Below the pieces are notes generated by a model. It saw only the letters and a list, made by a program, of their open reading frames with translations, was not told where the DNA came from and ran no database searches. Of a stretch of 64,000 nt of DNA, positions 1 to 7,863 are shown one piece after another (within the stretch, counting starts at the first letter, position 1; every line of letters starts with the position of its first letter). The translations under genes were made by a program, and so were the position numbers. The stretch is from Patescibacteria group bacterium (GTDB lineage Bacteria > Patescibacteriota > Patescibacteriia > SG8-24 > DYFX01), in the NCBI GenBank assembly GCA_041659045.1, contig JBAZZB010000004.1, positions 28,129 to 92,128 of the forward strand, read 5' to 3'.

Positions 1-157
1 TGACGGTAACAGGGAGTGAGCGCCAGCCCCGTGCGTTCGCGCCGAAGCGTTTCTTGATATCAGCCGCCTGTTTTTTCGACAGCGTGATGAAATGCCAAGC
101 GGCCTTGCCGTGATACGGCCAGATCTCCGCGCGCAGGGCGTAGACATTCGTTTTCAT
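1..157 (-). CDS. DUF1905-like protein, N-terminal part (gene continues beyond window start)
   Basis: Reverse-complement translation from ATG at 157 gives MKTNVYALRAEIWPYHGKAAWHFITLSKKQAADIKKRFGANARGWRSLPVTV. The W-H-F...V-P-V-T pattern is typical of DUF1905. No stop before the window edge. Confidence 0.4.
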   Translation of the reverse strand, partial: MKTNVYALRAEIWPYHGKAAWHFITLSKKQAADIKKRFGANARGWRSLPVTV

Positions 158-175
158 AGCATTCGCAGTATACAA

Positions 176-199
176 GAAAAGAGCCCCGAAGGGCTCTTT
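176..199. terminator. Rho-independent terminator hairpin (aaaagagccccgaagggctcttt) between convergent/tandem minus-strand genes
   Basis: GC stem gagccc/gggctc with gaag loop, flanked by A/T runs. Confidence 0.5.
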
Positions 200-202
200 A
201 TC

Positions 203-538
203 TTACTTCTTGCCTTTTTGTTCGACGAGCAAGTTCGTTTCCTTCAAGCGCTTCTTGGAGTCGCGCAGGAAGTAGAGCTTGGCCCTGCGAACCTTGGCTT
301 GCTTGGTCGGCTCGATTTTGTCGATCGACGGCATGTTCAGCGGGAAAATCTTTTCGACACCGATGCCGCCAGAGACCTTACGGACGGTGATCGTCTTGGA
401 GACGCCAGCGCCGCGGACCTTGAGCACCATGCCCTCGAAGATCTGGATGCGCTCCTTTTCTTCGCCCTTCGGGGTGGTTTCTTTGATTTTCTGGTGAACC
501 CGAACGGTCATTCCAGGCTTAATTTCCATAGGTGACAA
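203..538 (-). CDS. rplS: 50S ribosomal protein L19
   Basis: 111-aa [23 protein letters not shown]...[26 protein letters not shown]...[10 protein letters not shown]. These are canonical L19 motifs. Confidence 0.9.
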   Translation of the reverse strand: MSPMEIKPGMTVRVHQKIKETTPKGEEKERIQIFEGMVLKVRGAGVSKTITVRKVSGGIGVEKIFPLNMPSIDKIEPTKQAKVRRAKLYFLRDSKKRLKETNLLVEQKGKK

Positions 539-1067
539 GTGATGCGATCAGGTCAGCCACCTCTTTGGGGGCGTACCGATCCGTTTGAATGACCGCATCA
601 TAGTATGCGGTCGATGAGGTGTCAAGGCCGTAGAGCGCCTTCAGGCGGTGGGCGACTTCCCGCTCCCGTTGGCGGCTGGCCTTGAGGGCGGCGGGGGCGG
701 AGATGCCGTCCCGTTTCGCGACGCGCCGCGCGCTCTCCTTGGGATCGACGGTCAGGAAGATTCTGGTCGCCTTGATGCGCATCTTTTTTGAAAGATAGGC
801 CGAGGCGCGGCCATCGAGGACGACTCCGCCTTTTTTCGCGGCGATCATCATGCGCTGGTCGAGTTCCTTGTCGAATTCCGGATGCTTGGCGGCGTAGCGA
901 CCAAGTTCGATCAGTGACTGTCCGCGTTCTTTGGCGATGGCGCGGAATTGATCGCCGGCGCTGACGTGCTTCAGCTTGAAGCGTTTGGCGATGGCAGTAG
1001 CAGCCGTCGATTTTCCAGAACCGGCCAAGCCACAAATGATGACGACGAGCTTCTTAGGCTTTGGCAT
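519..1067 (-). CDS. cmk: cytidylate (CMP) kinase, AAA-type
   Basis: The 182-aa product has a P-loop GLAGSGKST and an adenylate/cytidylate kinase-like fold signature. It overlaps rplS by 20 nt, so the two are probably operonic. Confidence 0.75.
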   Translation of the reverse strand: MPKPKKLVVIICGLAGSGKSTAATAIAKRFKLKHVSAGDQFRAIAKERGQSLIELGRYAAKHPEFDKELDQRMMIAAKKGGVVLDGRASAYLSKKMRIKATRIFLTVDPKESARRVAKRDGISAPAALKASRQREREVAHRLKALYGLDTSSTAYYDAVIQTDRYAPKEVADLIASLVTYGN

Positions 1068-1995
1068 GTTTCTTTCTTAAGGTGTCTACGAGCGTTTCGA
1101 GTTCGGGCGGGAGCGCTGAGTGGTATTCGTGCCATTCCCCGGCGAGGTCTTTGAAGCCGAGCGTCGCGGCATGGAGGAAGAGGCGCGTGTTTCGAAGCGA
1201 GGGCGTCTCGTGCTTCGTGCCGGCGTAGAGATCGTCGCCGACGAGCGGGTGTCCGATCGATTTCATGTGGACGCGCACCTGGTGCATGCGCCCCGTCTCT
1301 GTGCGGACTTTGACGAACGCAGCCTGTGGGAAGCGCTCGAGAATGTCGTAGTGGGTGCGGGCTTCTTTGTCGCCTTCATGCGCCGCGGCGCGAGCCGACA
1401 TGCGGCCCTTACCCTTCTTGCGGCCAATCGGCGTTTCGATCAGATCGAAATCTTTGGACGGCTGGCCGTAGACGAGTGCCAAGTATTCCTTCTTGATTTC
1501 GTGCGCTTGGAATTGCTTTTTCAAATGCGTGTAGGCCTTTTTCGTTTTTGCGATGACCATGAGGCCAGAGGCTTCGCGGTCGAGGCGGTGCACGATACCG
1601 GGGCGCTCTTTGGCGTCGCCGACACCCTTGATTTTCGGATGGTGTTCGAGCAAGAAGTCGACAAGCGTCGATGTTTTCTGCGACGGCGCCGGATGCACGA
1701 GGAGGCCGGACGGCTTGTTGATGACGAGATACTCGTCCGTCTCGTCCACGATCGGCACGCTCGGGACTTCCATCTTTACCTTCTTGAGCGAGGCTTTCGA
1801 AGCCGCTTTTTCAATCTCAACCACGTCGTCCTTTTTCAGGATAAGGTGCGCTTTCGGCTTTTTTCCGTTCACCAAAATACCGCCTTCCTTAATTTGCTTC
1901 TGGAAAGCGCTGCGGGACTTTTCGGAAAATTGCTGGACGAGCCAGGCGTCGAGGCGTTCGCCGGCTTCGTATTCGGGGACGACGATCTTCTTCAT
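1054..1995 (-). CDS. rluD: RluA/RluD-family 23S rRNA pseudouridine synthase
   Basis: 313 aa with an N-terminal S4-like region and the catalytic motif HRLDREASGLMVIAKT. It overlaps the cmk start. Confidence 0.85.
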   Translation of the reverse strand: MKKIVVPEYEAGERLDAWLVQQFSEKSRSAFQKQIKEGGILVNGKKPKAHLILKKDDVVEIEKAASKASLKKVKMEVPSVPIVDETDEYLVINKPSGLLVHPAPSQKTSTLVDFLLEHHPKIKGVGDAKERPGIVHRLDREASGLMVIAKTKKAYTHLKKQFQAHEIKKEYLALVYGQPSKDFDLIETPIGRKKGKGRMSARAAAHEGDKEARTHYDILERFPQAAFVKVRTETGRMHQVRVHMKSIGHPLVGDDLYAGTKHETPSLRNTRLFLHAATLGFKDLAGEWHEYHSALPPELETLVDTLRKKHAKA

Positions 1996-2046
1996 AGAGG
2001 AAGGATAATGGAAGGAGGCGAAAAAAGAAAATCGTCCGGGCTGGAG

Positions 2047-2580
2047 TCATGTCGCGCGGACGAGCTTGGGTTCGAGACTGTTGGCGTTGAAGGGGCAGGG
2101 TGGAACGCGCGTGAGCCGTACGGTTCTGACGAGGTCGGTCACGGTTTGGTCGAAGGCATGCAGGGCCGCATCGTGCACCGGTGGAAGCGAGCGCGTCATG
2201 TCATCGACGGCATGTCGCGCGTTCCAGTACAGCCGATGCAGGTCGTAGCGCGCGCCTCGGAAGAGGATGTCAGCGGGGAACAAGCGAAGGAACTCTGCTT
2301 GTTCGTGGAGGATGGCGGCCTGGTCTAGCGGCGCCATTGTTCGCAGGCGGCCGTTGTCGTTGGCACTTCGTAGGTACAGTTCGTACACCATCGAGAACAG
2401 GCGCAAGAACCCGTAGACATGCTTGTTGCGTCCCAGTCCCTGCAGCCCCCCGGTGAGGAGCCGCTTGACCGGATGCCGGGCCGGAAGGCCCGCCGCGAAA
2501 AGCTTCGCGGGCTCGTTGTCTGGAAGCATTGAGCCTTCCATGACGTCAAACACATTCGGATCAATGAACAGCTCGCTCAT
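2047..2580 (-). CDS. hypothetical protein
   Basis: 177-aa ORF with high GC3 consistent with coding. The opposite-strand ORFs are Arg-rich shadows. No recognisable domain. Confidence 0.55.
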   Translation of the reverse strand: MSELFIDPNVFDVMEGSMLPDNEPAKLFAAGLPARHPVKRLLTGGLQGLGRNKHVYGFLRLFSMVYELYLRSANDNGRLRTMAPLDQAAILHEQAEFLRLFPADILFRGARYDLHRLYWNARHAVDDMTRSLPPVHDAALHAFDQTVTDLVRTVRLTRVPPCPFNANSLEPKLVRAT

Positions 2581-2698
2581 ATCTTCCCCTCACGTAACCC
2601 CTCGCGGGGATGCGTCCACCATGGACGACGTGCGACCTTAACCTAAAACACACCGACTGTCAAGGAAGATATTTTTAACGAAGACTTCACGGTCTTTG

Positions 2699-2733
2699 CT
2701 TGACAAAACCTCGAAAATATGCTAAATTATATA
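2699..2733 (+). promoter_or_regulatory. sigma70-like promoter (TTGACA-17 nt-TAAATT)
   Basis: ttgacaaaacctcgaaaatatgctaaatt lies in an AT-rich gap upstream of the 2756 gene. Confidence 0.5.
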
Positions 2734-2755
2734 GGTATTTAAGCTGACCAACCCT

Positions 2756-3307
2756 ATGAAAAACATGGCTGAATCCATGCCGAGTCACGAAGAAAAACCT
2801 AAGCTTCATGACGTGACGGATACGGAAATCGACCAGTTGATGAAGGGTTTTGAGGAAGTGGATGTGGACCTCGTTCAAGAGGACACGGCTCATGCCGAAA
2901 ACATCCAATCGCTCGCAAGCTCCCTTGAGGATCTTGGTAACGAACTTCATGAAGAGCAGCACCCCGAAGAGGTGCGCTTGAAGGAGTTCAAAGTTTTGCT
3001 CGCCAAGCAGCTCGATCAGGCCGTTGAAGAAGAAACGGCTTACTTGCTCGAAGGCCGCGAAACGATTGATGGCGCCGACATGATCTCTGTCGTGATCGAG
3101 CGCGCGCTCGAGCGAGGCGGCGTCACGAAGGACGCTTCGAAGGCCATTGTCGATCGCTTCATGGAAAACGAAGCTTTGCGCCACGGCGCCAAACAGCGTC
3201 TCTTGGACGCCATCGAAGGCAAGATGCAGGATTCTGAAGTCGGTAACGACGAGGAGAAAATTTCCAAGCTCGAAAAAGCGCTCGACGCGCTTGAGAGCGC
3301 TTCCTAA
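2756..3307 (+). CDS. acidic coiled-coil hypothetical protein
   Basis: 183 aa, E/D/K-rich. It has its own promoter and a downstream terminator. The antisense ORF 2687..3394 is a Leu/Phe-rich shadow. Confidence 0.65.
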   Translation: MKNMAESMPSHEEKPKLHDVTDTEIDQLMKGFEEVDVDLVQEDTAHAENIQSLASSLEDLGNELHEEQHPEEVRLKEFKVLLAKQLDQAVEEETAYLLEGRETIDGADMISVVIERALERGGVTKDASKAIVDRFMENEALRHGAKQRLLDAIEGKMQDSEVGNDEEKISKLEKALDALESAS

Positions 3308-3315
3308 AGAAGCAA

Positions 3316-3345
3316 TACAAAACCGCCCTTCGGGGCGGTTTTGCG
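3316..3345 (+). terminator. Rho-independent terminator (aaaaccgcccttcggggcggtttt)
   Basis: Perfect 8-bp GC stem with ttcg loop and a T-run. Confidence 0.7.
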
Positions 3346-3379
3346 TTCTTGGCTTCGGCAAGGTTAAATGGAGCAGCGT

Positions 3380-3455
3380 GGGCCCGTAGCTCAACGGTTA
3401 GAGCACCGAGCTTATATCTCGGCGGTCGATGGTTCAAATCCATCCGGGCCTACCA
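3380..3455 (+). tRNA. tRNA-Ile (anticodon TAT)
   Basis: Manual cloverleaf: acceptor GGGCCCG/CGGGCCT, D-arm GCTC...GAGC, anticodon stem CCGAG/CTCGG with loop CTTATAT, T-arm GATGG-TTCAAAT-CCATC, encoded CCA. Confidence 0.8.
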
Positions 3456-3518
3456 AATCGACCGCGGCGATGCCGGGGTCGATTTGTATAGCAAAGAAAG
3501 TTATACTGCAGGTGAAGT

Positions 3519-3764
3519 ATGAATGACTCTCGCCGAAAACTGATCCTCGCATGCGCGGCAGGTATCACGCTCGCGATCACTCTTTGGTTCGTGTGGTACC
3601 GACCCTGCGGTCGACTCTCCGGATTCGAGTCATACGCATGGGGTGGCAGCGCGCGGGCGTGCGAGCAGGCTGGTTGCCGTGTCATAAAAGGCAGAGAAGT
3701 GAAACCGCTTCCGCAGGCATTCGACACGGGAGGCTATCGCATTTGGTGTATTCCGAACATGTGA
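3519..3764 (+). CDS. small membrane-anchored Cys-containing hypothetical protein
   Basis: 81 aa, RBS aggtga 6 nt upstream, N-terminal TM helix, 4 Cys. Confidence 0.45.
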   Translation: MNDSRRKLILACAAGITLAITLWFVWYRPCGRLSGFESYAWGGSARACEQAGCRVIKGREVKPLPQAFDTGGYRIWCIPNM

Positions 3765-3797
3765 CGATCGAGGCGCGTTGATTTTGAATCGCAACGC

Positions 3798-4547
3798 ATG
3801 CATCTTCAAGAACCCTACGATCTCCTCGACCCCCTTTTTCTCGCGACGCGCGAGACATTCCCGGGGGAGAAAACTTTTCACGAATTAGCGAGAGGATTTT
3901 TCTCGCATGAGGCGGCAGAGCTGCGCGGTCGGAAAATTGCGGAGTTGCACGCCAGTACGGGCGTTCTCGTGCACATGGCCAACCCTGAGCAGCTCGACGA
4001 TTTGTTCGCGCACATTCATCGTCAGCACAAAGTGCGGTATCTTTCGACAACCTATCTGCACAAAGACATCCGTACATCGGTTTACGCGATCGGGCGCGGA
4101 ACTGGTATTTTGATCGATCCGGCGCAGGTGAAGATCGAACACGTGTCGCTCAACGATTCGAACAGCGAGACGGATCATGATGGTCGTCTGGTCGCAAGCG
4201 ACGACAAAAAAGTTTCAACGATCGAAGAATTGCACGCGGCGTTGCTCGCGGAAAAGCGCGATGATTGGAACGAGATCAACGCCAGTTTTGAAGGCGCATC
4301 ACCGATTCTCGGCTTTTTCGCGCTCGATGGCGTGATGTCGAAACTCTACGCTTCCGCGCTTTGGATCAAGGCTGGCGGACTCTTGCCGGTCTATACCTAT
4401 AATAGGGGAGCCAATCTTTTGGCGGAGTTTACGCCGACGCCCGAAGCGATCCGCGCGTTCGCCGATCAAACGACGAGCCCACATTTACGCGAAAAATATC
4501 GATCGCTGGCGCCTCTTTTGGAGCGGGTAGAGGCGCGTGTTTCTTGA
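3798..4547 (+). CDS. hypothetical protein
   Basis: 249-aa ORF with good GC3. No recognisable domain. Confidence 0.55.
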   Translation: MHLQEPYDLLDPLFLATRETFPGEKTFHELARGFFSHEAAELRGRKIAELHASTGVLVHMANPEQLDDLFAHIHRQHKVRYLSTTYLHKDIRTSVYAIGRGTGILIDPAQVKIEHVSLNDSNSETDHDGRLVASDDKKVSTIEELHAALLAEKRDDWNEINASFEGASPILGFFALDGVMSKLYASALWIKAGGLLPVYTYNRGANLLAEFTPTPEAIRAFADQTTSPHLREKYRSLAPLLERVEARVS

Positions 4548-4554
4548 AAAGAAA

Positions 4555-4582
4555 ACACCCAGCCCCGTGAGTGGGGATGGGT
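4555..4582. terminator. imperfect palindromic hairpin (cacccagccccgtgagtggggatgggtg), probable bidirectional terminator
   Basis: Sits between the convergent 3798 gene and the minus-strand tRNA-Val. Confidence 0.45.
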
Positions 4583-4588
4583 GCCTTC

Positions 4589-4665
4589 TGGTGCGCGCTG
4601 AAGGAGTCGAACCTTCGACCTTCTCGACGTCAACGAGACGCTCTAGCCAACTGAGCTAAGCGCGC
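4589..4665 (-). tRNA. tRNA-Val (anticodon GAC)
   Basis: Reverse complement GCGCGCT-TA-GCTC-AGTTGGCTA-GAGC-G-TCTCG-TTGACGT-CGAGA-AGGTC-GAAGG-TTCGACT-CCTTC-AGCGCGC-A-CCA. Confidence 0.85.
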
Positions 4666-4785
4666 TCATGGCTGCCCACACGTTATACGATTCAAAAGAT
4701 TTTGGCAAGACCCGTCCCCAAGGGGATTCTTCGGCCGGCTTGTCCACTTCGCAAGCGGCGCGCGGTGCTATACTTTCCTTATACT

Positions 4786-5859
4786 ATGCGCGCGTTCAAG
4801 CATTTCCTTTTTGTCCTCTTGGTACTCGGAGTCATCGCTGGGGCGGGTTTCGGCGTGCTGTGGGTCAAACATCGCGTCGAGGCGTATTCTTTGGAGAATG
4901 TTGTGGTTGAACCGGCGCCACCACAGCCGAAACTGCCAAAAGCAGAAACGCCGATCGACGAACGCTTGGAGGGATTTCTCCCACGTGAAGACGGTGCGCG
5001 TTTGGCGTACGCGCCTGTGGCAGGAACAAAAATTTTGTCTGCTTCGTTTATCGATAACGGCACGCTCATGCTGACGACCAGCATGACGAAGGGGAAGGAA
5101 ACGCGCTGGAGCCTGGAACGGTTTGAGATCGCATCCGCGACGTCCGTGAAACTGCTCGACGGAACCTCGGCGCGTCTTGCTTCGAGCCATCGCCCGGCGC
5201 ATCGTAACGTTAATCGCTTCTGCTATTCCGAGCGCGATGCCAAGCGCGGAGTTTTTGAAATTTGGTGCGCCGACCTTGATGGCAAAAATCCGAAACAAGT
5301 CACGATGCATGACGGCAAAGAAGACTTGCTCGCCCCTGCGATTTCCCCGGACGGTCTTTGGATCGCCTTTGGGGTCGTCGCCGATAAGCCAAAGCCTCAG
5401 GGTTCGGCGATTTGGAAAGTCCGTTTGGACGGCTCCGACCTGCAACAGCTCACCCGCGGCGCCGACGATCGCCGTCCGACCTGGTCGGATGACGGCCGCA
5501 AAATCTACTTTCAGCGGAAACCCGTCATTGGCGGCACGAGCTGGGACATGTACGGCATGGATGCCGATGGCAAGAACTCGGGGCCGATCCTGCGCACATA
5601 TGAAGAAGACGAAGAATTTCCGGCGCGGCGCGCGTCTAGCGATGAATTCGTCGTTGTTGAATCTGCCAGCGGTACGGGCGCGCGGCTCAAACGCATCGAC
5701 GCGATTACAAAAGCGGGGGAGTACCTGACATCGGGCGCGAATGGTTCTGAAACCTCGCCTTCGGTTTCGCCGGACGGGCACGTGGTTGCTTTTGTTGCGG
5801 CCATCGCCCCTGATCAGCCAAACGCGCTCGGTGTATGGCTCACGCAAATAGAGCCTTGA
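4786..5859 (+). CDS. TolB-like periplasmic beta-propeller (PD40/WD40-like repeat) protein with N-terminal TM anchor
   Basis: Repeated SPDG...AF, DG..I.F, G...lw motifs characteristic of PD40 repeats. Start chosen at ATG 4786, after a tatact -10-like box. The 4702 start would read through the tRNA region. Confidence 0.7.
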   Translation: MRAFKHFLFVLLVLGVIAGAGFGVLWVKHRVEAYSLENVVVEPAPPQPKLPKAETPIDERLEGFLPREDGARLAYAPVAGTKILSASFIDNGTLMLTTSMTKGKETRWSLERFEIASATSVKLLDGTSARLASSHRPAHRNVNRFCYSERDAKRGVFEIWCADLDGKNPKQVTMHDGKEDLLAPAISPDGLWIAFGVVADKPKPQGSAIWKVRLDGSDLQQLTRGADDRRPTWSDDGRKIYFQRKPVIGGTSWDMYGMDADGKNSGPILRTYEEDEEFPARRASSDEFVVVESASGTGARLKRIDAITKAGEYLTSGANGSETSPSVSPDGHVVAFVAAIAPDQPNALGVWLTQIEP

Positions 5860-5894
5860 AAAAAACGGTCGGACGTGCTACCCTCAGAACAGAT

Positions 5895-6248
5895 ATGCGC
5901 AAACTCGCGATGCTCCTCATGTTCACGCTTTTTGCCGCGGCTCTCCACTTCGGAGCCATGGCCGGCTTTCGCGTGATGACGGAGCTCGCCGCGGGTCACG
6001 CCGCGCACACGGAACATTCGATGCCGCTCGCGCCGACGTGTCCGGTCGGTTCGATCTGTCCCATGATTTCCAGCCCGCTTCTGAACTTGGACAAGAATGC
6101 GCCGCTTCTTGCGCTCGTGCTTTTTGTGGTGCTTCTCGCCGTCATTCGCCTGGCTTCACTCGCGACGTTTCCTCTTGCCTACGCAGGACCGCCGCGTTCC
6201 CGACCCAACAACGCCAATACGCTTTTGTCCGTCTTCAAGAGAGAGTAA
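5895..6248 (+). CDS. small membrane protein with His/Met/Cys-rich loop (possible metal-binding), hypothetical
   Basis: MRKLAMLLMF... TM, AAGHAAHTEHSMPLAPTCPVGSICPM, then a second TM. It sits immediately upstream of the copper locus. Confidence 0.45.
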   Translation: MRKLAMLLMFTLFAAALHFGAMAGFRVMTELAAGHAAHTEHSMPLAPTCPVGSICPMISSPLLNLDKNAPLLALVLFVVLLAVIRLASLATFPLAYAGPPRSRPNNANTLLSVFKRE

Positions 6249-6255
6249 GAGATTT

Positions 6256-6271
6256 CGATCGCTCGCGATCG
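6256..6271. promoter_or_regulatory. inverted repeat CGATCGC-tc-GCGATCG, candidate operator upstream of copper operon
   Basis: Near-perfect palindrome in the 48-nt gap before the HMA-domain gene. Confidence 0.3.
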
Positions 6272-6296
6272 GACGTTTCTTATTCTCTTTTGAATT

Positions 6297-7649
6297 ATGA
6301 AAACCTCACACAACTTCGCTGTTGACGGCATGCATTGCCGCAGCTGCGAACTCACCATCGAACGCAAACTTGGAAAAATTCCAGGCGTTTGCGGCGTCGA
6401 TGCGAACACGCCCAAAGGCGAGGTCTGCATTGAATGCGATGGCCCAGCACCCTCACTTGAAGCGTTAAATGCCGCTTTGAAGGGTGATGCCTACACGCTT
6501 CGTTGCCAGGGCTCGCCGTCCACTGAAAAGAAACCGAAGTTCGGACAGGTCTTCGGCGCCTTCGCCGCGGTCTTTCTGCTCGGCTGGTTCGCGTCAAAGA
6601 TCGGACTGCTCAAGATGAACTTCGCTATCGATGGCGCTTCCGGCTTCTGGCCGGTGTTCGTGATCGGCCTCCTCGCCGCTGCTTCATCTTGTATTGCGGT
6701 TTCTGGCGGTCTCCTGCTTTCCTCTTCCGCGAACTACAATCGCCGCTACGGTTCCGTCGACGGTGTCACGCGTATGACGCCGGTCTTGATGTTCGTTGCT
6801 GGACGCGTGCTTTCGTACGCGTTCTTCGGAGGACTCATCGCCGTGCTCGGCAAGATGCTCACGCCATCACCGTTCGTGACGGGCGGCATTATCGTGCTCG
6901 CTGCCGCCTACATGCTCATCATGGGTCTCGACATGCTGAAGATTGCGCCGTCATGGCTCAAGTCGATCCAGCCGCGTCTTCCGAAATGGGTCGCGCGCCG
7001 CATCGTCGATGCCGAAGGGCGCGAGCATCCGGCCATGCCCTTCCTGATGGGTGCGCTGACGTTCTTTATTCCCTGCGGTTTCACGCAGGCGCTTCAGGTG
7101 TACGCACTGACGGTCGGAAGCTTTGCGCAGGGCGGACTGATTCTCGCAGCCTTCGCGCTTGGTACCGCACCGTCGCTTCTTGCGCTTGGTTGGGCTTCGA
7201 CGTCTCTCAAAGGAACGACGGGCGAACGCTTCTTTCGCTTCGCTGGCGCACTCGTCGTCGTACTCGGCTTCTGGAATCTGCAGAACGGCCTGACAGCGAT
7301 GGGGTATCCGCTCTCGATGCCGACGTTCGCTGCACCTGCGGCAACCGCGCAGGCTGCGGACCCGAACGTGAAGGTTGTCGACGGTGTCCAAGTGATTCGC
7401 ATGAAGCTGTCAGTGAACCCTGCGTACAAGCCGAGTGATCGCTACACCGTGAAAGCCGGAATGCCCGTGCGTCTTGAAATTGCCGGCATCGGTACGGGTT
7501 GCCGTGGTCAGTTGATCGTGCCGAAAGCGCGTGCCAGCGTCACCTTGAACAAACAATTGAACGTCCTTGAATTCACTCCGAAAAAAGCCGGCGCGTACGC
7601 TTTCAGCTGCGCGATGGGAATGTTCCCCGGCGTCATTAACGCCATCTGA
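6297..7649 (+). CDS. heavy-metal-associated (HMA) domain / TauE-SafE-like permease fusion with C-terminal cupredoxin-like domain
   Basis: N-terminal GMHCRSCE (CxxC HMA motif), then 6-8 TM helices with the Gly-rich pattern of TauE/SafE/DsbD-like permeases. The C-terminal roughly 100 aa has plastocyanin-like ...AGAYAFSCAMGMFPG. Confidence 0.7.
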   Translation: MKTSHNFAVDGMHCRSCELTIERKLGKIPGVCGVDANTPKGEVCIECDGPAPSLEALNAALKGDAYTLRCQGSPSTEKKPKFGQVFGAFAAVFLLGWFASKIGLLKMNFAIDGASGFWPVFVIGLLAAASSCIAVSGGLLLSSSANYNRRYGSVDGVTRMTPVLMFVAGRVLSYAFFGGLIAVLGKMLTPSPFVTGGIIVLAAAYMLIMGLDMLKIAPSWLKSIQPRLPKWVARRIVDAEGREHPAMPFLMGALTFFIPCGFTQALQVYALTVGSFAQGGLILAAFALGTAPSLLALGWASTSLKGTTGERFFRFAGALVVVLGFWNLQNGLTAMGYPLSMPTFAAPAATAQAADPNVKVVDGVQVIRMKLSVNPAYKPSDRYTVKAGMPVRLEIAGIGTGCRGQLIVPKARASVTLNKQLNVLEFTPKKAGAYAFSCAMGMFPGVINAI

Positions 7650-7650
7650 T

Positions 7651-7863
7651 ATGAAAACCACCATCAAGATCGAAGGTATGCATTGCGGTTCTTGCAAGGC
7701 GTTGATTGAAGACGTCGCGAAAGATGTTCCGGGCATCGTCTCGTGCGACGTCGACGTCGCGCATGGCAAAGCGGATATCGAACATACCGCAGACTTTGAA
7801 GCTTCAGAATTCGTCGCCGAGATTGCGAACCTTGATGCGGGATATAAAGCCCACTTGGTATGA
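7651..7863 (+). CDS. copZ: copper chaperone CopZ (HMA domain)
   Basis: 70 aa, [22 protein letters not shown]... with the MxCxxC motif. Confidence 0.85.
   Translation: MKTTIKIEGMHCGSCKALIEDVAKDVPGIVSCDVDVAHGKADIEHTADFEASEFVAEIANLDAGYKAHLV

Noticed and set aside
1120-2328. Long plus-strand ORF (402 aa) antisense to rluD. Similar long antisense ORFs are 4768..5847, 8193..8861, 11087..12025, 17328..18092, 23725..24747, 24869..25828, 29581..30564, 32269..33351 and 38863..41157.
   Set aside because: Products are Arg/Leu/His-rich and low-complexity, typical of shadow frames in GC-rich DNA. The opposite strand encodes proteins with unmistakable conserved motifs (RluD, TolB-like, CopA, MCO, ValS, TyrS, ArgS, NusA, GroEL).
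2687-3394. 235-aa minus-strand ORF overlapping the acidic protein gene 2756..3307
   Set aside because: The Leu/Phe-rich product is the mirror of an E/K-rich coding strand. The plus-strand gene has its own promoter and terminator.
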